Assembly (NCBI GenBank): GCA_963749915.1
Contig: CAVVOP010000008.1
Span: 32,001 to 96,000, forward strand
Direction: 5' to 3'
Source of the DNA: an uncultured cyanobacterium
Lineage (GTDB): Bacteria; Cyanobacteriota; Cyanobacteriia; Cyanobacteriales; Cyanobacteriaceae
Length of the DNA: 64,000 bases
Below are positions 53,852-63,165 of this stretch, one piece after another. Made by a program: the position numbers and the translations under genes. The notes beneath the pieces were generated by a model, which had not been told where the DNA came from, searched no databases, and worked only from the letters and a program-made list of their open reading frames with translations. Positions within the stretch are counted from its first letter, which is position 1. Each line of letters opens with the position of its first letter.

Positions 53852-54337
53852 TTAAACTGCATCACTGGTATTGGCTAAGTATTGACTAACTTCTCCTTTG
53901 GTATTCTCTAATTGACTAATCATCGAGCGAGTAATCAACTTTCCTTCCTCCACCAAAATCTTTCCAGAAATCGGGTGAAGAATATTTTGTTGCGTCCTTC
54001 TACCAATTAAGGCTTCAATATCATCTATCTGACTCAAATACATCCCCGATGGTAATTCCACCACTACCCCTTCACCCATAACCCTAGCTTGACAAGCAAG
54101 GCGAGAATTGAGTTTACAGGTAGTAATCACCTCTAAAGTTCTTTTTTCTCTGCGATTGAGGGGGGATAAACTATCCATGCCTTCCTTGATATAGACATGA
54201 CAGGTAGAACACATCCCCCTACCGCCGCATTCCTGCAGGACGTTAAGTTGATTTTTCAGCAATCCTGATAAGAGGTTATCATTAGTTTTAATTGCCGTTT
54301 CTGTACCAAGGGGATCAAGTTTGATGAGTTTAGCCAC
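53852..54337 (-). CDS. 2Fe-2S ferredoxin with C-terminal extension (Slr0148-like)
   Basis: ECGGRGMCSTCHV...SRLACQ; GTG start at 54337. Confidence 0.88.
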   Translation of the reverse strand: MAKLIKLDPLGTETAIKTNDNLLSGLLKNQLNVLQECGGRGMCSTCHVYIKEGMDSLSPLNRREKRTLEVITTCKLNSRLACQARVMGEGVVVELPSGMYLSQIDDIEALIGRRTQQNILHPISGKILVEEGKLITRSMISQLENTKGEVSQYLANTSDAV

Positions 54338-54452
54338 TATCTTTTTCTCTAAGTTATTAAGGGTGTAATTTAAGATTAGCTTATGTTTTGGTGAAAATAA
54401 AAGACATTCATCAATCAATTGAAGAGATATTTTCCCCAAATGTTATTTTTAG

Positions 54453-55127
54453 CTAGCTATCGGCAGAGTTACTATTAAGTAAACGACTCATAATGGTCAA
54501 ATGATCGTGACCTTCCTCTGACATTGCCTTAGCTAACTTAACCCTTTCTTCTAAGCCGATGACAAAATAGTTCGATTCTGCACCCAGAGACTCACAACTG
54601 AGTTGAATGCAACCGAGATCTTCTCCTGTCAATTGACTGAAAAAAGCACTTAAAATTCCTGCTTCCGGGTGACAAGCAAAACCCTTATCTTGAGGTGCGG
54701 CTTCGGCAAAAGGAGAATTAACGGTATTAGCGACAATAAAACCCTGAGAATAGTAGTCAAAATTAAAATTAATTACCCCCCAACCGTGGGTTTTCCAACA
54801 TTGTTTTAAACTACTCAAAAACTGCACCATCTCCATCTGTGCCAAGGGTATTTCGTAATATTCGCTGACTTCTTGGAGAAAACGACGATAAAAACTTTTG
54901 CCCCACCAACGCCCACAATTATAAAGAACGATACCCGTAGCTTGACCAATTTCTTCTTCTAAACCGGCATAAATACCCTGTAAAAGAACTTCCGGTAAAG
55001 CGATTAATCTTGAGCCGAGTCTAGTTTCTAATAACCCCAACTCAAAATCTCCTTGCACATAGGCAGAAGGTGCGAAATAATTGCCTTTTAAGGTATTTTC
55101 TTGAACTAAATCCGCAACGGAAATCAT
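54453..55127 (-). CDS. V4R domain protein (Slr0147-like)
   Basis: GIVLYNCGRWWGK, WKTHGWG, ACHPEAGILSAFFSQL..DLGCIQLSCESLGA. Confidence 0.85.
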   Translation of the reverse strand: MISVADLVQENTLKGNYFAPSAYVQGDFELGLLETRLGSRLIALPEVLLQGIYAGLEEEIGQATGIVLYNCGRWWGKSFYRRFLQEVSEYYEIPLAQMEMVQFLSSLKQCWKTHGWGVINFNFDYYSQGFIVANTVNSPFAEAAPQDKGFACHPEAGILSAFFSQLTGEDLGCIQLSCESLGAESNYFVIGLEERVKLAKAMSEEGHDHLTIMSRLLNSNSADS

Positions 55128-55171
55128 TTATTTTTCCTCTTATTTATGATAGATTTTTTGTGATTTGTGAT

Positions 55172-55649
55172 TTAATTAGCTAAAACGGGAGTATTGGCCA
55201 AATAATCGTTAGCTTGGGCTAAAAAAGGTTGAATATATGCTAATTCACTATCAGAAAGAGCATTATTTAATTTAATAATCAACAATGAATAAATAGCAGA
55301 AGAAATAGTCTGAGAATTATGAGCTTGAACTATATCTGTCAACCATTCTAATAAACGATGTTCGAGAAATTCGTGGTTATTCAACATCATTGCCATACTG
55401 CAATATCTAGTAATCAATAACCAGTGACGGATAGCTGTTTCAATTTTCTTTAGGTTTTCTTGGGGAAATTGTGCTACCACATCATCGGCAATTGTCTGAA
55501 ATATGGTGATTTCCCGATTCTCGAAGAATTTTATAAGCACTTATTCTACCTTCGAGAGTGGAAACTTCTAAGGAGAGTCTTTTTAAGTCTTCCCCGTTTA
55601 AATACTGAAATTCAGCTTCATGAATCAATGCTTGTAATTCTGGATACAT
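55172..55649 (-). pseudogene. Phycobiliprotein-like globin (Slr0146-like) with +1 frameshift
   Basis: ATG 55649 gives MYPELQALIHEAEFQYL...SAYKILR; an extra base at 55518/9 shifts to REITIFQTIAD...RHWLLITRYCSMAMML; span is 478 nt (3n+1). Confidence 0.8.
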
Positions 55650-55658
55650 AATTTTTCC

Positions 55659-56057
55659 TCAAAGTAAATCTGATAAATCTTTAACATTCAATGATTGAGG
55701 CGTGATATTGACAACACTGGACATTTTAGGCATGGAAGCGATATTGGCTTTTTTGGTGGTGCCTTGATTTTGTCCTTGCCATAGGATACGCCGAAAAAAT
55801 TCACCCACTGGCATGGTTAAAGTGTAAGTTGATTGTTGAGTAGGGGGTAATAATTCTTGATGAGTTTTGACGATACCTTGCCAATTATGCAAAGCGAAAA
55901 ATTTTTCCACCGTCAAACCAAAATGAAGATTCGAGGTTGCTTCCTCCACTACCACCGCCTCAGTCAAAGCATTTGCATCGTCATGGATAATTTTTAATCC
56001 TTGCCAATTGGCTTTGCGAAAAAAACTTTCGACGGTGACACTCGTTAAGGGCATCAT
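55659..56057 (-). CDS. Hypothetical protein with three FFxxxxWQG repeats (Slr0145-like)
   Basis: VESFFRKANWQG, VEKFFALHNWQG, VGEFFRRILWQG; start overlaps the upstream stop. Confidence 0.75.
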   Translation of the reverse strand: MMPLTSVTVESFFRKANWQGLKIIHDDANALTEAVVVEEATSNLHFGLTVEKFFALHNWQGIVKTHQELLPPTQQSTYTLTMPVGEFFRRILWQGQNQGTTKKANIASMPKMSSVVNITPQSLNVKDLSDLL

Positions 56058-56770
56058 TTGAGATATTCTCCATTAACTAATTTTTTCTGAATATCTTTAG
56101 CACCTGCACCTTCATTTTGCCAGAAAGTAGCTGCGTCAATACGATCTTGTTTTCCCAACAAAAATTTACAATAGGTTTCACCCATGGAGTAGCACTGAAT
56201 TTCAATGCAGTTGAGTTGTTTTTTAATAAACTGACTGAAGAAACCAGCCATTAACCCCGCGTAAATATGACATACGGGTTTACCTACATCTCCTAAAGTG
56301 CGGGCAACGGCGGAATCGAAGATATTAACAAACATGAAACCGTTTTTTTGTTCACTCAAATCTACATCCCAGTTACCCCAGCCTTGACTAGTAAAGGGCC
56401 ACCACCATGCTTCGAGAACATGTAACAAATTCATCTCCTTAGGGTCTGTGGGATACTCATATTCTTTTTGGAACCACTGCTCGAAAAAATCGGCGTCTCT
56501 GATACCCCACGCCTTACCGATATTATACATAACGACACTAGAAGCCGAGCCCACTTCTTCTTCTAAACCTTCGATTAATCCCACGATAAAATCTTCGGTA
56601 ACTAAAACATTGCGCGAGTCATTCCAATCGGTAATATTTCCCTTCTGAATATCGAAATGAAAGAAATCCTCTAAGGTATAGTGATCATGTTTTTTAGGGT
56701 ATTTATTTTTCCAAAGATTCTTGGAAATTTTTTCTACAGCACGACTTGATTTTGTAGGCGTAAAAGTCAT
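56054..56770 (-). CDS. V4R domain protein (Slr0144-like)
   Basis: EDFIVGLIEGLEEEVG, WWWPFTSQGWG, KPVCHIYAGLMAGFFS, CIEIQCYSMGETYCKF. Confidence 0.88.
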   Translation of the reverse strand: MTFTPTKSSRAVEKISKNLWKNKYPKKHDHYTLEDFFHFDIQKGNITDWNDSRNVLVTEDFIVGLIEGLEEEVGSASSVVMYNIGKAWGIRDADFFEQWFQKEYEYPTDPKEMNLLHVLEAWWWPFTSQGWGNWDVDLSEQKNGFMFVNIFDSAVARTLGDVGKPVCHIYAGLMAGFFSQFIKKQLNCIEIQCYSMGETYCKFLLGKQDRIDAATFWQNEGAGAKDIQKKLVNGEYLK

Positions 56771-56997
56771 TTGGTTTAATTTCCCCTTATTCTTATTGCG
56801 GTTGTTAAGTTGTTAAGTTAATCAAAAAGTAACTTACTTTCTGTGTCTATTCTACCTATTTTTTAAAATATGGTTTTTTTTTTACATTTCTATATAATTG
56901 GCGATTAACAGTAAGTCATTAACAACTAAATAATTAACGATAAATAAAAGCAACACGTAAGTGAAAAAAATCTTTGCTCTGCTTTACCAGTTAACAC

Positions 56998-57849
56998 TTA
57001 AGTGGTAGTATTTTTAATTAAATAATCGACAGTTAAATGTTTTTCTTCAAGAATACTTGGCAAATCTTGAATAATTATTGAGCATTTTTTAATAAAGGCA
57101 TTAGTCCATTTTTCAAACCATTTTAATTGCATTGTAGTGAGTTGATGTTTGAGATTTCCACTAAAACCTATTTCCCCTTTTTTATCTATAGAAAATTCTT
57201 GTAACCACTCAATATCAGGTCGAGATTCTTCAAAATTTTTGGCGGTAATTGTTCCTCCTAAATAACGACTGGTAATACCGACGATGGTTTCAAAATTGGT
57301 GACCATATCCTCGATACTTACCTTATTTGTAGCCGTTTTTTGAAATGAGGAGATGATAATCATGCCCAATGAAACAGGATCAAAACATTGATCAAAACGG
57401 GTGGTATTATCATAGGTAGCATCTTTAAATATGGCACCATCAAAATGAACACCATTCAAAAAGGTACCGGATAAATCAGCTTTAGAAAAATCAGCTTTAG
57501 TTAGAATGCTATTAGTTAGAAAACTATCGGTAAAATATGCATCTTTAAGAATTGCTCTTTTAAAATTTGCTCTGGTTAAATATGCTTTAATTAAATATGC
57601 TCCTTTTAAATTAGCATCACTCAAATTAGCACCGGTCAAATTAGCTCCATTAAAATAACAATTGCTGAGGTTAGCACCGCTTAAATCGGCATCTTTTAAA
57701 TCTGTATAACTTAAATCTGAACCTTGCAAATTAATACCTCTAAGGTTAGTATTTTTTAAATCTATCCTTCTTAATTGTAATTTTGAAAAATCTCTTTGTC
57801 CTCGATTATATTCTGTTTTGATGTTTATATTTGCAGTGTTTTCTAGCAT
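56998..57849 (-). CDS. Pentapeptide repeat protein with a C-terminal helical domain
   Basis: YNRGQRDF then A[N/D]LxG repeats; C-terminal YLGGTIT...SRPDIEWL...FIKKCSII. Confidence 0.88.
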   Translation of the reverse strand: MLENTANINIKTEYNRGQRDFSKLQLRRIDLKNTNLRGINLQGSDLSYTDLKDADLSGANLSNCYFNGANLTGANLSDANLKGAYLIKAYLTRANFKRAILKDAYFTDSFLTNSILTKADFSKADLSGTFLNGVHFDGAIFKDATYDNTTRFDQCFDPVSLGMIIISSFQKTATNKVSIEDMVTNFETIVGITSRYLGGTITAKNFEESRPDIEWLQEFSIDKKGEIGFSGNLKHQLTTMQLKWFEKWTNAFIKKCSIIIQDLPSILEEKHLTVDYLIKNTTT

Positions 57850-58508
57850 TTATTTTCTCCTAAAATTAAAATGAAGATCAGATTTGAGATGATAGTTTGT
57901 GATAATTGACAAAGTACGTTACTAAAAATTAATTAAACTTAAAGGATAAATATTTATTTTTTAGACTGCCCTATACATAATCGTTTTTCTTATAGCATTT
58001 TTTTAGCTTTCTTAAATTTTAACTACCTTATATTCTCAAAATGTTTTCTTTGAACAAAATTTTTACAAAACTTTATTAAAGTATAATAAATTTATTCTTT
58101 AAAATTAACAATTAAGTATCAATATTTACACTTAAGTATTAGTATTTATGTGTAGATAATTGCTTAATATGTTGTAGTATTAAGTCCCCTAAAACCGCCC
58201 AGATTTATTTTAAGGATAAAAATTTCCCGAGCAATAAAAGGAAGAGACCCACTGCCAAATCAATTAATCTCATAATCTCAACTTTAGGAAAATTTTAAAA
58301 CTAATAACTAATGACAGATAATTTTTTAAATCATTACAAAACTATCTAATTCCATTGTTAATTATTGATTATTATTCATCGATAGAAATGCCAAATCGGT
58401 AGTGATATTTGAGCCTCCCCAACCCAATTCTTCTTAAAGGAGTAGTAATATTTGGAAAATGCCATAAATCGAATAGGAATGCTATATTGTCTATTATTTA
58501 AAGTTTAT

Positions 58509-58524
58509 TGTATTTATTGATACA
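58509..58524 (+). promoter_or_regulatory. NtcA binding site upstream of amt1
   Basis: tGTA-TTTATTGA-TACa fits GTA-N8-TAC exactly, about 120 bp before amt1. Confidence 0.8.
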
Positions 58525-58645
58525 GAAATCCTCAAGCAAAACGTATCAATATCTAATAGTCAATTAAGGAATTAAGTAATTAATTCTTCAATTCTTATCC
58601 GATTTTTCTGCAGAATCCATACCGAAAAGAAAATTTACTCAATTT

Positions 58646-60169
58646 ATGGTGATGATATCAAAAAAAATGAATAAAAAGGCTACTCGGTTACAGAACCAAA
58701 ATGGTTTTATACTTAATGCTATAGTTCGTCTTAAAAACTTGTTTTCTCCTTACTGGTTCGCCTGTATTCCTTTAACTGCCATTATCGTTGTGGTCTGGAA
58801 TACGGCAGTCATGGCTCAAGATTTTGGACAACCAGAGGATATAGGTCAATTAAAAATTGTATTAGACTCTGTTTTCTTGTTGATAACGGGAGTTTTAGTT
58901 GTCTTCATGAATGCCGGTTTTGCGATGTTAGAAACTGGTTTTTGTCGGCAGAAAAATGCCGTTAACATCTTATCTAAAAACTTGATCGTCTTTGCCATCG
59001 CTTCTCTTGTTTATTGGGCCATCGGTTATGGTTTGATGTACGGAAATGGTAACGGTTTCATCGGTTTAGATGGTTTCTTTTTCAATGGTAGTAGTTTGCC
59101 TTATAGTGATTCAGAAGCCTTTGAAATAGTAAAACAAACCGTTGATGGGGAAATTGTTGAAGTTAAAATGCTAACGAAAGTACCTGAGTCAATCTCCTTC
59201 TTTTTCCAGATGGCTTTTGCCGCAACAGCCGCTACGATCGTATCAGGTGCCGTGGCAGAAAGAATCCGTTTTGATGCTTTTCTTATCTTTAGTTTTTTAT
59301 TGGTAGGAATTTCTTACCCCATCACAGGACATTGGGTTTGGGATGGTGGTTGGTTAGGGGAAATGGGATTCCGCGATTTTGCCGGATCAACAGTAGTTCA
59401 CTCCGTTGGTGGTTGGTCGGCGTTAATGGGGGCGTCAATTTTAGGTCCTCGTGAGGGTAAATATGGTCCTGATGGTAAAGTGTACGCCATTCCAGGTCAT
59501 AACATGAGCATTGCCACTCTGGGATGTTTAATTCTCTGGATTGGCTGGTTTGGTTTTAACCCCGGTTCCGAGTTAGCCGCCACTGGTAACGTTGCTTATA
59601 TTGCTCTTACTACTAATTTAGCCGCAGCCGCAGGTGCTATTACTGCCACATTTACTTCTTGGGCGAAAGACAATAAACCTGACTTATCCATGATTATTAA
59701 CGGTGCTTTAGCCGGATTAGTTGGAATTACTGCAGGTTGTGCTGATGTTACTTGTATCGGTGCCATTATTATCGGTGCGATCGCAGGGATTATTGTGGTG
59801 TTTTCTGTGGGTTTCTTTGACAAAGTGTTAAAAATTGATGATCCCGTAGGTGCAACTTCAGTACACTTAGTCTGTGGCATCTGGGGAACTTTAGCCGTAG
59901 GTATTTTTAGTATGAATGGTCATAGTTTCTTGACTCAATTAATTGGTGTCTTAAGTGTTGGTGGTTTCACCGTTGTTGTTAGCACCATATTTTGGTATGC
60001 CCTGAAAGCCACCGTAGGTATTAGAGTTCATCTGCAAGAAGAAGTCAAAGGTTTAGATATTTCTGAACACGGCATGGAGGCTTATAGCGGATTTGTTAAA
60101 GAAGCTGATATTCTTGCCGGTGGTGCCTCTGCTAGTCTGAGGGACGTAAGTTCGGGTGTGGAAATGTAA
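58646..60169 (+). CDS. amt1: Ammonium transporter
   Basis: [62 protein letters not shown]. Confidence 0.96.
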   Translation: MVMISKKMNKKATRLQNQNGFILNAIVRLKNLFSPYWFACIPLTAIIVVVWNTAVMAQDFGQPEDIGQLKIVLDSVFLLITGVLVVFMNAGFAMLETGFCRQKNAVNILSKNLIVFAIASLVYWAIGYGLMYGNGNGFIGLDGFFFNGSSLPYSDSEAFEIVKQTVDGEIVEVKMLTKVPESISFFFQMAFAATAATIVSGAVAERIRFDAFLIFSFLLVGISYPITGHWVWDGGWLGEMGFRDFAGSTVVHSVGGWSALMGASILGPREGKYGPDGKVYAIPGHNMSIATLGCLILWIGWFGFNPGSELAATGNVAYIALTTNLAAAAGAITATFTSWAKDNKPDLSMIINGALAGLVGITAGCADVTCIGAIIIGAIAGIIVVFSVGFFDKVLKIDDPVGATSVHLVCGIWGTLAVGIFSMNGHSFLTQLIGVLSVGGFTVVVSTIFWYALKATVGIRVHLQEEVKGLDISEHGMEAYSGFVKEADILAGGASASLRDVSSGVEM

Positions 60170-60225
60170 TCTTGACACTCATTTGGATTATAGTTGATAG
60201 TTTATAGTTAATTTTTGATTTTTGC

Positions 60226-60272
60226 AAAAAACCCCTCATTTTCTTGGATATGGAATTGAGGGGTTTTTTTTT
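60226..60272 (+). terminator. amt1 terminator
   Basis: AAAAAACCCCTCA...TGAGGGGTTTTTTT. Confidence 0.75.
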
Positions 60273-60326
60273 TGAATTTGAGGCTTTTGGGTTTAAAATT
60301 GACTAACATTAATCTTATTTAAGGGA

Positions 60327-61499
60327 ATGACCATCATTGTAATTATTTGCTTCGTTTTATTACTCTTTCAAGCTGTCTGTTTTCTAATTCTTTTAAGTAG
60401 ATTATTTAGAGGTGCAACCCGATTTCCCCCTTTAAAACCAGAATTGGCTAATCCTTCTCTTTTCGCCAAAGTTAGCGTAGTTGTACCGACATTAAATGAA
60501 GTCCACCGCCTTGATAAAATGTTAGAAGGTATCACCCGTCAAAGTTATGAAGTCAAAGAGATTATAATAGTTGATAGCAACTCCCAAGATGGTACAAGGG
60601 AAAAAGTGATCGAAGCCTCGAAAAAAGATCCTCGTATTCGCCTTGTCACGGATCCACCTTTACCTAAAGAATGGGTAGGCAGACCTTGGGCATTACATAA
60701 TGGTTTCTTAAACAGTTCAGTTAGCAGCGAATGGATTTTAGGCATTGATGCCGATACTCAACCCCAAAAAGGCTTAATTCCTAGTTTGTTAAATTTTGCG
60801 AATACCAATAATTATGATGTAGTGTCTCTTTCCCCTCAATTTATCCTCAAATATCCTGGGGAATGGTGGTTACAACCGGCTTTATTAATAACTTTAATCT
60901 ATCGTTTTGAGTCTTCGGGGGTTGATGCGAAAAGTGCGGAAACCGTAATGGCGAATGGACAGTGTTTTTTAATCAAACGTAAAGTTTTAGAGGCTATAAA
61001 CGGTTATACTTGTGCCGCGAACTCTTTTTGTGATGATGTAACCTTAGCCCGTTATGTTGCCAGTCAGGGTTATAAAGTGGGCTTTGCCGATGGTGCAAAT
61101 ATCATCAAAGTCAGAATGTATGAAGGTTTACAAGAAACATGGCGAGAATGGGGGCGATCCCTTGATCTTAAAGATGCCGCTTCTAAAGCTCAATTATGGG
61201 CAGAATGTAGCTTTTTAGCGTTAATTCAGGCTTTACCTTTACCCGTAATTATCACAGGCTTTTTATTTTGCTCTCAGCTTAATTTTCTCAGTTTTTATTT
61301 ATTATTTATCCTCAATAGTTTATTATTATTTATTCGTTTTGCCTTGTTAATTGCGATCGCACCTTCCTATGAATTCAATCAATCACCGAGAGAATTATTA
61401 TTTATTCTCTCTCCTCTAGCAGATATTTTGGCAGTGATACGTATTTTCCTCTCTGGCAGACAAAAACCTCATGAATGGCGAGGCAGAATTTATAATTAG
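60327..61499 (+). CDS. cruG: GT2 glycosyltransferase, probable myxol 2'-O-glycosyltransferase
   Basis: VVVPTLNE, DPPLPKEWVGRPWAL, GIDADT, MANGQCF, SFCDDVTLAR, WGRSLDLKDA, WRGRIY. Confidence 0.8.
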   Translation: MTIIVIICFVLLLFQAVCFLILLSRLFRGATRFPPLKPELANPSLFAKVSVVVPTLNEVHRLDKMLEGITRQSYEVKEIIIVDSNSQDGTREKVIEASKKDPRIRLVTDPPLPKEWVGRPWALHNGFLNSSVSSEWILGIDADTQPQKGLIPSLLNFANTNNYDVVSLSPQFILKYPGEWWLQPALLITLIYRFESSGVDAKSAETVMANGQCFLIKRKVLEAINGYTCAANSFCDDVTLARYVASQGYKVGFADGANIIKVRMYEGLQETWREWGRSLDLKDAASKAQLWAECSFLALIQALPLPVIITGFLFCSQLNFLSFYLLFILNSLLLFIRFALLIAIAPSYEFNQSPRELLFILSPLADILAVIRIFLSGRQKPHEWRGRIYN

Positions 61500-61585
61500 C
61501 ACCTAAATCCCCAACTCTGGGGACTTAAATTAGAGCTTAAGTAACACTATGTACTGTTCTTGTGTTTTACTTTTAATCTATAATA

Positions 61586-61875
61586 GAACTCTTGCAAAAA
61601 TAAAATGAATTTAGGAAAATTTTTTCGATTTTATGAACAATTCGACAAACAGTTGATTCGGAAATATTCCAATCTTCAGATATATGAAAATAAGTTCTAT
61701 ACTCTCTTAAGTATTGTAATTAGTTACTCCAAACCTTCTCTTAAACTTTTTTGGTGGTAATTTTTCTATTTTTTTAAATTTCATAAGCAAATCTTATAGT
61801 TTTCTAGTAAGCGATCGCTTACATTAACAAATTTTGACACTTAATTTTAACTGATATTCAATTTTGCAAGAGGTC
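61586..61875. mobile_element. About 290-bp MITE with GA(A/C)CTCTTGCAAAA TIRs and TA flanks
   Basis: TA-GAACTCTTGCAAAA ... TTTTGCAAGAGGTC-TA. Confidence 0.8.
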
Positions 61876-61876
61876 T

Positions 61877-62010
61877 ATTCTATTAAATTATAGTCAGGGC
61901 TATATGCTGGTAAATACTCTAAGATAATATTTGGTAAATTTTTCTTTATTTGTTCTGTTATTTCATTCTTTTTATGAAAACTTGCATTATCTAATATAAT
62001 TACTATTTTC
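61877..62010 (-). mobile_element. IS630 DDE-domain fragment, cut by the adjacent MITE
   Basis: KIVIILDNASF/HKK...NLPNIILEYLPAYSPDYNLIE with one frameshift. Confidence 0.75.
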
Positions 62011-62166
62011 AGAACCATAATTTCCCTCCTGACTTGAAACTGCCAACTTTCATCCCTGATGGTGAGAATTTTTTTTCATGGAGACTGCCTCGTGCCTTAC
62101 CCTCGACCACATTTATATTTCCAAAACCTTCGCAGTATTGCTAGATTACCAATATTTATTATTGAA

Positions 62167-63009
62167 TTAGGAGTCAACAAATTTAGATCTTTCTTGTTGA
62201 GTTCTCGTCAATATTTTATCTAACTCTTGCCATTTTTCCTTTTCAATATCCTCAATAATTGTGCTTAGATTTTGCTGATATTCTTTTAAACAGGTTAATA
62301 TTTTTCCTCGGTTATATTGTGCCATCATTAACCCCAATTCTACGTTTCCTCCACCGACTCGGCTTGTATCTCTAAATCCCGAACTGGCTAAATTTTGTGC
62401 TAATTTTACTACTTCTTGATTGTCATTATTAAGGCAACTATTGATCAAATTTGCACTTATCATCACGGGTAAATGAGAAATCCATGCCACCGCTTGATCA
62501 TGTATTTCTGGTGTCGACTCATATATTCTACAACCCAGTGATCGCCATATTTCCGTTACTTTCTCCATAGCGTAACGAGAAGTGTTTTCTAAAGGAGTTA
62601 TAACACAAGGGGCATTTTGAAATAAATTGGCTTCTGCCGCTTCAATACCTTGATTTGCTGTACCCGCCATGGGATGACTGCCGACAAAATTAGCCCATAA
62701 TTCCGTTGCCCGATCAACAATAGCACTCTTAACAGAACCGACGTCAGTAATAATTGTTTCTGGGGGTACATACTTAACTATGTTCTCAATGGTGGGTAAA
62801 ATTGCCGCTATGGGGGTACAAATGAAAATTAGATCTGTTTGGCTCAAAATGGCGCAATTGACGCTAGCATGGGTCACTATCTTTTTTTCAAGGGCAATAT
62901 TACAAGTGGTTAATTGACGACAAACCCCGATGACATCATAACCTTGCCTAGTTAAATCTAAACCCAACGAACCACCGATTAAACCTAAGCCAACAATACC
63001 TATTTTCAC
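62167..63009 (-). CDS. tyrA: Prephenate/arogenate dehydrogenase
   Basis: GLGLIGGS, TDVGSVK, GSHPMAGT, HDQAVAWISHLP, GFRDTSRV. Confidence 0.93.
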   Translation of the reverse strand: MKIGIVGLGLIGGSLGLDLTRQGYDVIGVCRQLTTCNIALEKKIVTHASVNCAILSQTDLIFICTPIAAILPTIENIVKYVPPETIITDVGSVKSAIVDRATELWANFVGSHPMAGTANQGIEAAEANLFQNAPCVITPLENTSRYAMEKVTEIWRSLGCRIYESTPEIHDQAVAWISHLPVMISANLINSCLNNDNQEVVKLAQNLASSGFRDTSRVGGGNVELGLMMAQYNRGKILTCLKEYQQNLSTIIEDIEKEKWQELDKILTRTQQERSKFVDS

Positions 63010-63165
63010 TTATTTCTTTCTCCACCAAGTATTAAATTAATTCTGCTTGAAATATTACTTAAAGATTAATCAGATTACATTAATTTTTTTAGCAATATTG
63101 TCTTTTTCTCCCTGATAATGATAGTAATAGTCAATATTCTTTATTAAACAAATATATATTTTAAA

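Noticed and set aside
4205..60745. Numerous 60-95-aa ORFs nested in or antisense to known genes (e.g. 4205, 8838, 9087, 19806, 23835, 28250, 44169, 47919, 59596, 60545)
   Set aside because: Shadow ORFs of well-supported genes with no protein motifs
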